Notes: generated from the letters alone by a model not told the origin. 64,000 nt of DNA from Candidatus Latescibacterota bacterium (GCA_965248435.1 OZ252100.1:1504001-1568000), one strand, 5' to 3'. Positions 29,955 to 42,600 are shown, counted from the stretch's first letter. Numbers and translations: made by a program.

Positions 29955-30797
29955 TCACCCGATCAGCGAATTGAGTTCTCTTCTATTCTGCGGATGCCGC
30001 AGCTTGTGCAGCGCCTTTTCCTTGATCTGCCGCACCCGCTCCTTCGTCACCCCCAGCTGTTTCGCGATCTCGGTGAGTGTAACGGGCTGCTCTTGATCCA
30101 GACCGAAGTTGAGTCTCAGTACCTGCGCCTCACGATCCTCGAGCGCATCCAGCAGCCTCCCGAGCTGTAGACGGTCCGTCTCTTCTTCAAGTCGGGCGTC
30201 AGGTGCAGGCTGATCGGCATCAGGCAGCAGGTGGAGCAGACTCTCATCTTCATCGTGGAGTGACGCGTCCAAAGACTTCACACCCTGGGCACGCACCAGG
30301 GTATCTCGAACGATGTCCGGTGACACACCCAGTCCTTCGGCGATCGTCTCCGTCTCCGGTTCCTCTCCCCGGCGCTGATTCAGCTTCCGCGTCAGGTCCG
30401 AAATCCGGTGCAGCAGCTTCAGCCGATTGACGGGCAGCCGAACGAGCCTCGTCTCGCCCATCAGACTCTCGCGGATCGCTCGTCTGATCCACCAGGCCGC
30501 ATACGTCACGAACTTGAATCCCTTGCGGCCGTCAAAGCGCTCCGCGGCGGTCATCAGGCCAACGTTCCCGGCGCTGATCAGATCCTCGAGCGCCATGCCC
30601 CGGCCCCGATATTCCCCGGCCAGCTTGACGACGAACTTCAGATTCGCCCCGACAAGCTTGTTTCTGGCCTTTCGATTCCCGCTGCGAATCGGCTGTGTCA
30701 GCTCGACCTCCTCTTCCGAAGAAAGCGGCCGTGAAGACGCGATATCCCGAAAGTAAAGGCCCAGCGACCCACTTTCACCAATCATTGCCCCGGCCAT
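29955..30797 (-). CDS. Alternative sigma-70 factor (RpoD/RpoS-like, lacking region 1.1)
   Basis: 'NLKFVVKLA.EY.GRG..LEDLI..GN.GL..AAERFD..KGFKF.TYA.WWIR', region 4 'GVTKERVRQIKEKAL.KLR'. Confidence 0.92.
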   Translation of the reverse strand: MAGAMIGESGSLGLYFRDIASSRPLSSEEEVELTQPIRSGNRKARNKLVGANLKFVVKLAGEYRGRGMALEDLISAGNVGLMTAAERFDGRKGFKFVTYAAWWIRRAIRESLMGETRLVRLPVNRLKLLHRISDLTRKLNQRRGEEPETETIAEGLGVSPDIVRDTLVRAQGVKSLDASLHDEDESLLHLLPDADQPAPDARLEEETDRLQLGRLLDALEDREAQVLRLNFGLDQEQPVTLTEIAKQLGVTKERVRQIKEKALHKLRHPQNRRELNSLIG

Positions 30798-30934
30798 CTT
30801 GATCCCCCCCGACATTGAGATTTATGAATGGGTGACAGAGTTTTCCATTCTCTCAGAATATCGACAAATCCGCTGGAAAATGATGTAAGTCAGGTCACCC
30901 TCTAAGCGTGACCTGGAACACGTGACGGGGCTCA

Positions 30935-30950
30935 CATTACACGCGTAATG
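30935..30950. promoter_or_regulatory. Perfect palindrome upstream of the sigma gene, candidate transcription-factor operator
   Basis: CATTAC-acgc-GTAATG; nearby inverted repeat caggtcac..gtgacctg at 30891-30915. Confidence 0.35.
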
Positions 30951-31276
30951 GGTTGATCGGAAGGGGATTATCACATTTGTATCGGCGGGTCGGCAGCGAT
31001 GCCAATCAAAATTTTTTTCGTCAAAGACGCAGTCATCTACAATCTCGGATACACGAAAAAAGGGGCACGTAGTACTACGCTGTGCCCGGTTTGCCGCTCA
31101 CCACCCAACATTTAAGTCCGCCCGGAGGGCGGACTTTGTGATGCTGCAGCGCGGGAATTCATTCCCGCGCGAATCGGTCAAGTTTCTATATCCCCGATTT
31201 TCCGCGCGCTGGCGAACGACCCAACCCGAACCGATGCAGACACCAGCCGCAGCCCACCCCCGCGCATGACGTCGCC

Positions 31277-31305
31277 GTAGAGACGCCCCGCCGGGGCGTC
31301 TCTAC
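31277..31305. repeat. GTAGAGACG-type REP-like palindrome
   Basis: gtagagacgccccgccggggcgtctctac. Confidence 0.8.
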
Positions 31306-31365
31306 ACGAACCACGATCCACGGCTTTTACGGTAGCCGTGTTCTGGTTTTCCGGTACCCGGTCAT

Positions 31366-31782
31366 CTACTCTGCCATGGCCTTCTCGACAGCCTCGAGCA
31401 GCTCGGGTATCTTGAAGGGCTTGGAAAGAAAGTGATTGATATCGCTTTTTCGAAGCTGCTCTTTGATTGACTCATCCAGGTACGCTGAGATGACCAGCAC
31501 GGGTGTTTCCAGCTTCTGTTTCCGGAAGAGCTGGGAGATATCCTTCCCGTCCATTCCAGGCATACTCAGGTCGAGCGTAATCAGGTCAAACTCGCCGGAG
31601 AGGGCCTGGCCGATCGCACTCGCCAGAAAGGGCGAGACTTCGACCTCGTAGCCCGACCGAGTAAGGATGCTGTGAATTGCGGTCCGAATGCTCGCTTCAT
31701 CCTCGATGACCAGGATCTTCGCTTGTGGCACTTGTGATCTATCCAGACTTTTGAAAGGAGTTTCTTCGCAAGAAGCTCCCAT
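31366..31782 (-). CDS. Single-domain response regulator (REC)
   Basis: 'ILVIEDE', 'ITLDLSMPGMDG', 'VLVISA', 'FLSKPF'; upstream TTGACA-N18-TATCTT at 31821-31850. Confidence 0.85.
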   Translation of the reverse strand: MGASCEETPFKSLDRSQVPQAKILVIEDEASIRTAIHSILTRSGYEVEVSPFLASAIGQALSGEFDLITLDLSMPGMDGKDISQLFRKQKLETPVLVISAYLDESIKEQLRKSDINHFLSKPFKIPELLEAVEKAMAE

Positions 31783-31898
31783 AATACGCGACAGGACTTC
31801 TCGTTTCGTCTATTTCGAACAAGATAAAAGCCGCGCGCCTGGGATGTCAAGCGCCAAGACGATCGTTCTCGGCGGTCCACGGCGCCGCGGACCGGGCT

Positions 31899-31936
31899 AA
31901 AAAAATAGCCGAGGCCTCAATGCTGAGGCCTCGGCT
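31899..31936 (-). terminator. Rho-independent terminator of the matrixin gene
   Basis: agccgaggcctca-atgc-tgaggcctcggct with adjacent A7 (U tract on minus strand). Confidence 0.8.
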
Positions 31937-31960
31937 CACATCTTCTAAATTCCTTAGGTT

Positions 31961-32848
31961 TTAGGGCACAATAACATCGAGGGCACCGTCCTTGTCACCC
32001 TGGGTCAGTGTCTGCTTCATCAGCTCACCCTTTGCCGCGGTGGGGGCCATGGTCGCATCTGTCTCGTCCCCATTAACACTTGCATCTGGGAAGACGTGGC
32101 CCAGGCCGATAAAGTGACCAACCTCGTGTGCCCCGATGGCCTGAACGTCGAAACCGATCCCGCAGGTAAAACTTTCACTAGTGATCTCAGGATTCACGGC
32201 CCACTCCCGGGACAAGTTGTAGACAATATCAGCCTCATCAATCTTACCGCCCGTCTCCCAGATGTAGGTCGCAGCCAGGGTCCTTTTCGCGCCCTTTCCA
32301 ACGATCTGCCGCCATCCTACAACATTCAACCCATCGCCAACCCCTGCAAGAGATGCGTTGGCATTCTCGGTAAGCGTAACCCCAACGTCCCAGTCTTCAA
32401 ATGCTCGACGTACGGCGTTTCTGGCTTGGGGGACTGCGTCTGGCTCAAAGGTTGAATTATAAATTGCGGATAGCGATGTGCCTGCTGGCCACAACAAACC
32501 CAACGTTTCGTGGTGCTCATTCGTATTTGGGTCTTCACAGGTCTCATCACCTCCATCATCGTCTTTAGGTGGTTTTCCCTTGCCACCACCACCCCCGCCT
32601 CCTCCAGCTCCACCCTTGCCTCCCTTTTCATAGAACACAAACACGGTGAGCGTCTCGCTCCCCTTTCCTGTTGCTACCCGGAACTGAGGCTTCACCTCTA
32701 TGCCCGGAGGTGTGGCAGCCCGTTTTGTGAGGCCCTGGCCCGTCTCGTTGCTAGTGGGACTAAACAGACCAGCGTTTTCACTGCAGCCCGCCCAGATCAA
32801 GGCCAGCAGCAGCACGCCGACGAGGGAAGTCAAGGTGGATCGATTCAT
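31961..32848 (-). CDS. Matrixin/M10-like metzincin metalloprotease, lipoprotein
   Basis: Lipobox 'WAGC'; 'HEVGHFIGLGH' zinc motif; Met-turn 'ATMAP'; Gly-rich linker. Confidence 0.85.
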   Translation of the reverse strand: MNRSTLTSLVGVLLLALIWAGCSENAGLFSPTSNETGQGLTKRAATPPGIEVKPQFRVATGKGSETLTVFVFYEKGGKGGAGGGGGGGGKGKPPKDDDGGDETCEDPNTNEHHETLGLLWPAGTSLSAIYNSTFEPDAVPQARNAVRRAFEDWDVGVTLTENANASLAGVGDGLNVVGWRQIVGKGAKRTLAATYIWETGGKIDEADIVYNLSREWAVNPEITSESFTCGIGFDVQAIGAHEVGHFIGLGHVFPDASVNGDETDATMAPTAAKGELMKQTLTQGDKDGALDVIVP

Positions 32849-33086
32849 AGCTCTGCCTCCTCCAACTGAAAGTTGACCAAATGACTGTGCTTCCTAACTT
32901 TGTTTCCCAATGAACCGGGGGTCTGATATCGGCCAACATTGAGCAATATCTGAGCCTTTAAATATAAGAATTACAGCTACCGATTTCAATTGGTAAGGCA
33001 GCTAATGTAAAGTGCAAGCTCTTCTTATTTGAGGGGATCCTGAAGGAGGGGATCTGCAACAGGAGATTTGAAGTGAAGCCTTTATA

Positions 33087-33099
33087 AATCAACGACTTA
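33087..33099 (+). promoter_or_regulatory. IHF consensus site
   Basis: AATCAA-cgac-TTA matches WATCAA-N4-TTR within AT-rich DNA. Confidence 0.4.
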
Positions 33100-33141
33100 G
33101 GATAGTTTTCCGTTATCCCGTGAAGAGGGCAATCGACGGCT

Positions 33142-33504
33142 CTAGGTCAGATATACCTTAGCCGCCACATCCAGACATTCTTCAATCGTTCCTTCTCGAA
33201 GGTCTCTGTGGTTGGTATACTTCTGGATGTCCCCTTTGTAGATGAGAAATTTCCACTTGTTCGGACCCAAAAATTCCAGCCTGGCCAGCCTGGCAACACC
33301 CCTCACCGTCCCCATCTTGAACACCCTTCCGACGAGGCCCTCCTTGGCCTCCTTGACCACCTCCAGGAAGAGGGCGTTGCCCTTGAAATGCGCGCGAATC
33401 TCCTTCACGCCGCGCTTCCCGATGTAGCGCTTCTTCGCGTGAGCCTGCAGACGGCTCAGGGCCAGCTTTTGGTTTTCTGGAGAGGGTATCTTCACGGGCG
33501 ACAT
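33142..33504 (-). CDS. Small basic hypothetical protein (DUF3024-like)
   Basis: 120 aa from ATG 33504; C-terminal 'ARLEF..KW.F.IYK....Y......GTIEECL'; longer upstream extension overlaps the giant gene and was rejected. Confidence 0.6.
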   Translation of the reverse strand: MSPVKIPSPENQKLALSRLQAHAKKRYIGKRGVKEIRAHFKGNALFLEVVKEAKEGLVGRVFKMGTVRGVARLARLEFLGPNKWKFLIYKGDIQKYTNHRDLREGTIEECLDVAAKVYLT

Positions 33505-33635
33505 GTCAGAAATCTCAGTGAATTGCGAGTGAGAAGGGACTCCTTTCACTCGTTCTACATTGTAGTAGACCGCCCGGCGCTTTCCCTTCGGAAGTCCGCC
33601 GGGCGGTCCCGTGCCCCTCTGCTTCTCCTTTATGG

Positions 33636-36600
33636 TTACTTCAGCAGCAGCATCTTTCTGATGTCCATGAACCCTTCGGCGACCATCTGTGTGAAGTAGA
33701 TCCCGCTCGACACGGGCCGCCCGAACGCGTCGGTGCCGTCCCACCTCGCGCGATAGAAACCCGCTTCCTTTCGGCCCTGCTCCAGCACGCGAACCTCCTG
33801 ACCCAGAACATTGTAGATCCGGAGTGTCACGTCCGAGGCTTCAGGAATCTGATACACGATCTGCGTCTCGGGGTTGAACGGATTCGGGAAATTCTGGTTG
33901 AGCGCATAGTCCTGCGGAAGCGCCCGCACCTCGGCCAGATGACTCCCAAGAATCGTGCGGATCTGGCCCCAGCCATCCGAGATCAAGGCCTCGGCGATCT
34001 CCACGCGACCCCCTACAGTTTCCTCCAGCACACGGAACTTCAGGCGAACCAGGTCGCCTTCACCCCGCAGGCGGCCTTCCGCAGCGAAGATGTCGGAAAG
34101 GACGACCTCGCCGCTTCTGGATGCATCCTCGATGGCCACCCCTGCCGGACCCGATTCATTCGCGAATCGGGACACGGACTGACTCTCCGCGCCCAGCCAG
34201 GCCATTGCAGAAGGATCATAGTTCACCTTCAGATTGAACCCGCCCACCTCGTCCACCTGGTTCAGGCGAACCAGGAGGTCCACTTCCCCGGACTTCTGAC
34301 TTTGTACCGGTACCAGGTCGAGCTCGGCCTTCCCGTTTGGATTCCGAACCGGGGGGAGAACCGGTTTCGTCAACACGATGTCCACAACTTTCTTGTTAAA
34401 GTTTATGGAGAACGCGACAAAGTCCAGGAAAGAGACGGTCCCGTCCCCGTCCAAATCTGCATCCACGTTGTAGAGGGGGTCCCCCTCGGACTTCAGGAAG
34501 GAGATCCCGAGGGCGACAAAGTCCAGGAACCCGACCAATCCGTCCCCGTCGATATCTCCAACCCGCACTGCCGCAGTGCCGCCGAAGGTCACCGTCTGAC
34601 CCCCCGCCCCAATCTCCTGTTCGAATTCCTCGAGGGATGCGGTTGCGAAGGACGCAGAGACGAGCACAACGCTGGCCACGCCATCTTTCAGCGCGGTGAA
34701 CGTGGCCTGGCCGATGCTACCTGCATCTCTTTCCACAAGCCCGCCCGTGTGGGCCACACTGATCTGTAGGGTCCCCTCACCTTTCGCGGCGATCACCAGC
34801 GCGCCGGAAAACAGGTCCGACTCCTCAAAATCGTCGAACGCGACGGCGTCCACCCCGTAGTTGAGCACGAGATTTACGCCGGCGAAATCCTGGGCCCCGG
34901 AAACCGCAACCACATCCACGACCAGTTTTTCGTCAATGGTTGCCTCGGCTGTCCTGAACCGAACACCGCCATCCCCGGTCGCCAGATCCAGGTCCAGCGC
35001 GATCGGGCCTGCAGCTGCACCCGATACACCGGCACCCGGAATCACGGCCACTTCAACCGTCGCGGTTTGAGCGCCCGAGGCACTCGCAGAGACCGTGGCA
35101 GACCCTGCCGTGTCGCTCGTCAGCTCCGTCGTCGCCACGCCGTTCGTGACCGTTACCTCCTCATCAGACAGCACGCCAACGCCATCAACACTGAACGTTA
35201 CGACGGTGGCGTTGTCATCATCCTGAAGATTGCCCTCCAGGTCCAGGATCTGCGCCTCGACCGTGGAAGCGTCCTCGCCGTCGTCTGTAACGATACTCGG
35301 GTCCGCCGTCAGACCGATCGAGCCCGTCAATGCCTCGACGCTGACCGTTCCGATGGCATCGGAGGTCGCCTCGTCCAGGTTCAGGTTGAAAGTCCCCTCG
35401 ATCGTCAATTCCGTCGTGCCCGTCGTGAAGCTTTCCAACACGACAAAATTCAGGACGCCGAGCAGACCCCCACCTGTGACGACAACATCGTCGTCGGGGT
35501 CCAAGATGGCTCCGGTGAGATGCCCCTTTCCTTCTTCACCGACTCGGTTGAGAAACGCGCCGAAACCGTCGTTTAGCGTCAGGATGTTATCGCCTTCCTC
35601 ATCACTCTCCGGTTCAGGATCGTCCTCGAGTGCGAGGAACTGAGAATCGTATCCGATCGTGACATCAAACGCAGTCAGGGCTGTTGCCCCTTCCACGTAT
35701 ACAGCTACGGAGAACTGGTCGCCTGGACTCAAATCTGCAACCGTGTCACCACCATCGCCCGCCCCCGAATCGAAGTCGAACGAGAGGGTCGCCCCCTCGT
35801 TCCCACCCGTCTCGCCTGCAACCGGTGCTTCGGGCACGAATACTTCGATTGTCAGATCGGTTATCTCTTCACCGGGCTCAATAGCAAACAGGTCAGGTTT
35901 TCCGTCGCCATCCTCATCCACCGTACCGTAGACCTTTCGACCGTCATCCAGGGTCAGCTCTGCGAACAGCCCGAACTCCACTCCTGGGATGTTCTCGAAT
36001 CCGAAACTACCGTCACTTCGGATCCTGGACTCAGCGATGAGGCGCTCCTCGGCCGGAATCCCGAGTATCACCTTGCCTTTCGGATCGAGCCCATCGGAGC
36101 GAACGACAAGCCCCCCAACGATCCCGCCGCCAAACTCGGAGCGGGTGCTGATCGGGATCTCAAAAAGGTCGAACAGTTCAGCCCCTGAGACGCCTCTCGC
36201 ATAGTGGATAATAACGACGTAATCCGTGTCCGCCTGCAGCCTGACATCGGTTTCGACCCGCCTTGGGTCCTGGCTGGACCTTTGGAGGTCAAAATTCCGG
36301 ATGTGGGGCCTGATCTCGGCCTTCAGCACGGGCGTGCCGCGGTGCTGAGCCAGCGGCTCGGAGAACTGGACGGAGAGCGTCGTCACACCGGCAGGCAGGT
36401 TGGTCTGACCGGGGAACGGCCGGGTCGCCGTCACCCGCAGCTCGGACACCACACGAATTTCGATATCCGTAATCTCTACTCCGTCGCCAACCACGAGTTC
36501 CAGGGGTTCCCCGTTGTCATCTTGGTAGGTTCCCACCAGACCCTGTTCTACGCCATCGGGTCCCTCTTCGATAAAGACGAACCCTTCCACGATGTAGGTC

Positions 36601-39600
36601 CCTGCAGACACAGGCATCTCGAAATCACCCGACTGTGTCACATCGAAGGCGACACCAAGCCGTTCAGGTTCGTCCCCTTCCAGATCTCCCAGTTCGAGCT
36701 CAGCCGGCAACATGTAGACAAAACCGGCCCCATTCCGGAGGACCGGATCCAGCTGTGCATTGGGTGGGAAAACGAAACTCCCGGCTACAGTGGAAGTAGG
36801 CGGCTCCCCCGTGGAAAATCGACTCTTGAAGATCTCGTTCAGCCGGAAGCCGTCCACGTCTCCGGCATCCGGGATGACCACCAGGTAGGACTGATCTGGC
36901 CTCAGCTCAACGTCGACGGAAATAGTGAGATGATCATCACTGATCCGCGGCCGGCCGAAATCCGTCCCGCCATTCTCATCACCCTGTAGTGCGCGGGTGA
37001 TCTTCCCCGCAATTTCGGTGAATCCCTCCGGAATCGGCAGGATAAAGAGCTCGGCATCCACCTCATCGCCATCCGTATTCAGTTCCCGGTTGAAGGTCAC
37101 GGAAATCGTTGTCACGGTGCCGACGTTAGTCGCCCCGTCCTCTGGATCTATCGATTCCACCAAGAGCGACGGAAGCGCGTCCGACGTCGTGAAGGTGGCG
37201 AAAAAGAATGCCCCACTCTCCAGTGCGATCTCACCGTCGTAGACATCGTCCGCTGAGAGCGTCATCTCCAGCACGAGATTCCCATCCGCGTCGACGCTTT
37301 TCTGCACCTCCACGTCTGTATCGGTCTCCTGGCTGTAGACAAAGACCTCCACCGCGTCCAGTGCGATCTCCGAAAGCGGTACGTTGAACGTCACCCGTGC
37401 CTCGGCAGCCAGCGGGACGCCAACCGCCCCGGCGACCGGTACCTCTTCTCCGTTGATCAGGAACACTGCGGATAGGATCTCCTCAGGCGCACGTTCGCCC
37501 GGTTCCCTGACGACGTCCACTCTGCGGGCGGCTATGCCAAAGCGCGTCTCGGTCGGGATCACTCGCACATCCGAGCCTGGCTGGACTTCGGTTTCATTTC
37601 CATCCCGATCGAAGTACTCAGTCCCCTCGAATAGCGCAAGGCTTACTGCGCCGAAAATCAGCCGTTCGTTGAAGTTGATGTCGGCGATCTGTCCGACGAA
37701 CAGATCTGGCTCCGGCGGCGGTGCCGGCTCCCCGGGCCGCAGCACGCGAATCCCTTCAGCGATGAGGCCGCGCTGCCCCATCTCCTCCGTCTCCCTGAAC
37801 AAGATGATAACAGACAAGCCTGGATGGAGATCCAGCGGCGAAATCCGTCGACCAGAGGAGTCCTCTACGCGTGTCTCGAACTCGTTGAAACGGAAACCCG
37901 CAGCGGCCAGACTCATCCGACCTGGACGGTCGGCCTCGGGCAGCTGGATGGAGATCACCCGGCCGAATATGCTGCGCGGTCCCTCGAACTCGATGACTTG
38001 CAGTTCGAACAGGGAAATCGACCCGTCATCGAAGACCGTCCCCCACGCGTTGACCCGCGAACCTGGGTTAAACTCCTGCAGATCGATCTCCTCGCCTTCC
38101 CGATCAAAGATTGTCGCATCGGAAACGTCGATCCTAAAGGGGCCTTCTGGCGTCCTTACGAAGACGAAACCGTTTTCACGGTCGACCTCCGCAATCACAA
38201 TACCTTCCTCATGAAATTCCTCGACCTCGAAGCGGAGCTTTTCCAGCGGGATCTCGAGGCCCGAAATGCTCTGGCCTGACACTTCGATGACATCAGGAAT
38301 CCCGTCGCCGTCCTCGTCAGGAAAGCCTATAAAAGATGTGATATCCCTAACATCTACGACGAAGAGGAAATACTCCCCGTCCGGAACGAACGGAACCTCG
38401 AACGAGGACGTCTCGTCGACCTGGACCACCCGGACGAAGGAATTCACGATGACTTCCAGATCCGCCCCCTCATCATCGCTGAACTCGTCGTCGAATTCAT
38501 CCTGCTTGGCCGCGACCTGTTTGGCCGCCCGGGCAACCGCCGCTTTGGTGGCCGGCTTGAATAGCCCACCTACAGCATCGAGGAAATCGAGATTCAGAAG
38601 CCCAACCAGCGTGAAGGGGCCCAGGTTACGCCCGTCTGGATGAAAGGCGGACCCGGACAGCGTGACGTCCTGAAGGTCTGTTGTCCCGAAAAAGAACTGA
38701 CTGAGATCACCCAAATTTTCGACGTCGGGATCTCCAACGAATGCCTGGTAGGTGGTCTCCTCCGGAAGATCGAACGTGGCCGTCAGTGTGGTCTCGTCGT
38801 CTCCGACCTGGAGGTCCAAGATGTCTTCCTCGAGGACCAGGGGCGGAAACGACTGGAATTCGACGTTCTCGGGCTCGCCACCGAAAACCTCTACAGGTTC
38901 GTTGAAGACGAGCTCCGCGTCATTCAGCCCCGGCGCCAACGGCGGATTTGCGACGTCCTCATCCAGCACCTGTCCGCCCAGCGTGAATGAAACGACCTGG
39001 ATGGGCACCAGCGCGCGCTCGAATCGTTCAATCGTTTCGGCTGTGGGCAGATCGTCCTTGGGCTCCCGCGGACCGGGTGTCACCCTCACGATGTCTTTCG
39101 GGATGAGGTCTTCGAGAGCGATCTCGATCCCATCTTCGGTTGCGCCCGTCCCGTCCGTCAGCCGGAAACAGAGGCCCGCCAGTCGAATGCTGCCTTCGCG
39201 GACGTTGACTTCCTCAACAATCCCGAGCAGAACGTCGGGCGGTACTTCGCCCAACTCATCGGCGTGTATGACGCGGATGCGATGCGCGACGGGCGGCTCT
39301 CCTTCGTGCCGGAACTCGACGTCGATCGCCACCGGCGTTCCCCTTGAAAGCTCCGCCCTTTGCTCTGCATCCCTGACCGGTAAGACGAACCCGTCTCCGA
39401 ACTCCACAGGGATCTCTGGATGTTCGAGTCGGATAACCGGTCCCCTGATGCAGATGAACGATTCGTCAAAGCTGATCTCGCTGATCGCACCCACAGGGCC
39501 CTGGCCCGGGGGCCGCTCATCCCCTTGGAAGATCACCACCTTATCTGCCTCGATGACTCCATCCGCGTTCCGCCCCCCAAACACATCCACGTGATCATCC

Positions 39601-42600
39601 ACCTGCAACGCGTCAAATCCCACAAACTCCTCGTCGAAAAACGGCTCGTCAAACTCCCCATCCGCCTGCTTGGTAACGGCCGTGGGATCGTCAGAGCCAT
39701 CCTCACCGTTCGGCCCTGGCCGGCGGATCACGAACTCTGTGTGACCCAGCACCAGCACCGTCTCGATCAGGTCAGGAGCCGCCTCCACCTCGAACAAGCT
39801 GGCGTCGAAATCGATGTGCGCCACCCGGCCCGCCACCACGGGATGCGGCTGCTCTTCTCCTCGGAAGATCACCACCTTATCCGCCTCGATGACCCCGTCC
39901 GCGTTCCGCTCTCCGAACACCTCCACGTGATCTTCCACCTGCAGCGCGTCAAATCCTACAAACTCATCCTGAAACGGCTCCTCAGACTCCCCATCCGCCT
40001 GCTTGGTAACGGCCGTGGGATCGTCAGAGCCATCCTCACCGTTTGGCCCCGACCGGCGGATCACGAACTCCGTGTGGTCCAGCACCAGCACCGTCTCGAT
40101 CAACTCAGGACCCGCCTCCACCTCGAACAAGTCGGCCTCGAAATCGATGTGTACCACCCTGCCCGCTACCTCAGGCCGATCCCCGCGCGTGATCGCGACG
40201 AAACGCGCCTCGATTACCCCGTCCGCGTTCCGCTCTCCGAACACCTCCACGTGGTCGTTCACCTGCAGCGCGTCAAACCCCACAAACTCGTCGTGAAACG
40301 GCTCCTCCCCGTCTACCTGCTTCGTAAGCGGAGGATTGTCGTCAATGCCATTCTCCGGATGAGGCCCTGGCTGCCTGATCACGAACTCTGTGTGGTCCAG
40401 CACCAGCACCGTCTCGAACAGCTCCGGGCCCACCTCCACCTCGAACGAACTCCCTTCGAAATCGATGTGCGTCACCCGTCCCCCCACTGCAGGCTCCTCC
40501 CCACGGAAGATCACGACCTTGTCCGCCTCGATGACCCCGTCCGCGTTCCGCTCTCCGAACACATCCACGTGATCTTCCACCTGCAGCGCGTCAAATCCTA
40601 CAAACTCCTCGTCGAAAAACGGCTCCTCAGACTCCCCATCCGCCTGCTTGGTAACGGCCGTGGGATCGTCAGAGCCATCCTCACCGTTTGGCCCCGACCG
40701 GCGGATCACGAACTCCGTGTGGTCCAGCACCAGCACCGTCTCGATCAACCCCTCATCCGATTCAATGTCGAACGACCCGCCTTCGAAATCGATGTGTACC
40801 ACACGGCCGAATGCAACCGGCGCCACGTGCAGCCGCTCGATCCTCACGGCTGTCTCCAGATCACCCGCAACAGGACCGCCGTCGTACGTAACCAGGACCT
40901 CGTCACCGAGGTTCAGGGCATCCAGAGGTAGCGGCAGGCCCCCCTCGACCACCTCTGTTCCATCTGTCAGCAGAAAGCACCTGCCAGCAAACTGTACCTC
41001 GCCTACGCCCAGCTCCGCCCCGTCGATGCGGCCGACGATTGTGTTCTCGCGCGGCTCTGCTTCCGATTCTTCATTCAGCACTCGGATGTGCAGTGCAACC
41101 GGTGGACCTCCCTCCAGGAACGCGATCTCGACCTCCACGGGCGTATCCGAGCCAATCAGGCCGCTCGCCGCCGCGTCCAGAACGGGCATCTCGGTCCCGT
41201 CAGGAAGCAGGACGGGGAGATCCTCACGATCGATCTTGAACAGCGGCCCTTCGATGCAGAAGAGATCGTTTTCCGGCTCGATCAGGCCCACAGGACCGCG
41301 ATCGTGAAAGGGCTCGGGAGGGGGCGCGACTTCGACGCGCTCGATCTTCAGGGCCGTGGGCCTGTCGTCGCCGGCCAGCGGTGGGCCCGAAGTCACGATC
41401 ACGATATCTTTCTCGTTGAGATCGTCGAGGGAGATGAAAACTTCTCCTTCCACGACTTCGGATTCGCTCGTCAAAAGGAAGCACTCGTCCGCCAGGAAGA
41501 CCTCGCCGATTTCGATCACGGCCTGCTCGACCACACCCACCATCTGGCCTTCCACCGGACCGACGCCCGCAGCCTCATCCAGCACCCGGATGTGCGTCGC
41601 GACGGGCGGCCCGAAATCCACGTGCACGAAATCCACCCCGATTAGGGTGCCCGGCGGGACGAGACCGCTGGCGCGAGCTTCCGCCACCGTCAGCACGCTC
41701 CCGTCAGGGAACTCGACCGTCAGATCATCGCTTTCGATCTGGAAAGACGGCCCCGCGATACAGAGGACCTCCGCAGCCACGTCGATGCTGGCTACGGGTA
41801 CCGGCCCGACCGGCTGCGGCTCTCCAGGCCCCTGTGTGTTGAAGAGGATCTCTGCGTGCGAAAGATCCAGGTCATTCCGAAGCTGCGTACCCGCTTCCAT
41901 CACGGTGGCGAATTCGACGCCGACTCGCGTGGGAATGTCCGTCATGTCCGATGTGGTTTCGAATTCCACAGTACCCAGGAAGCCGCTCTCACCCAGGTCA
42001 AGACCCCCTGCAAACGCAACAGCGAGACCGAAGTCGTTCGTGGCCTTAACGGCGGTTCCCCCCGCTTCGATAAAGTCTCTCACCCTCAAAAGAGAAGGGT
42101 CCACCTCCAACCGGATCCTCGCACCATCGATAGATGTCTGAAGCGGTTCGATGAACACCTCGACAGAGAAGATACTTCCAACAGGGCCCACAAAACCGTT
42201 TGTGAGGCCGTCGTTGAGGCCATTGCCCACGTCCGCATCGAAGGACAAAATCGCTCCTGCATTTGGGCCGATACCGTCCGGCGGTCTTTCCAGATTCAAC
42301 TGATCTACACTCAGGTTGAAATTGCGCGCAAAGATCAGCAGGTCATCAATTCCGACCTGCCCGTCCCCGTCAAAATCCAGACCGTCATCGAAGTCTGGTT
42401 CCCCAGCGTTCGCCAGCCTTGCCCTGTTGGCAATCTCGAGCAAGTCGAAAAAATCAACATTTCCGTTTCCATCCAGGTCCGGACTGGGGCCCGTAGGCTC
42501 GGGTGGCGGAGGAACACTGTTGGCGTCCCCAGGAAGGAACACCTGGACACCCGCCTCGGCGGTGCCGTCGCCGTCCGGATCGCCCAGCTCCTCGCCGTTC

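Noticed and set aside
39420-40931. Long plus-strand ORFs opposite known genes (e.g. 503 aa at 39420, 372 aa at 26675, 317 aa at 19393)
   Set aside because: Antisense shadows from GC-rich codon bias and repeats, with no recognisable motifs
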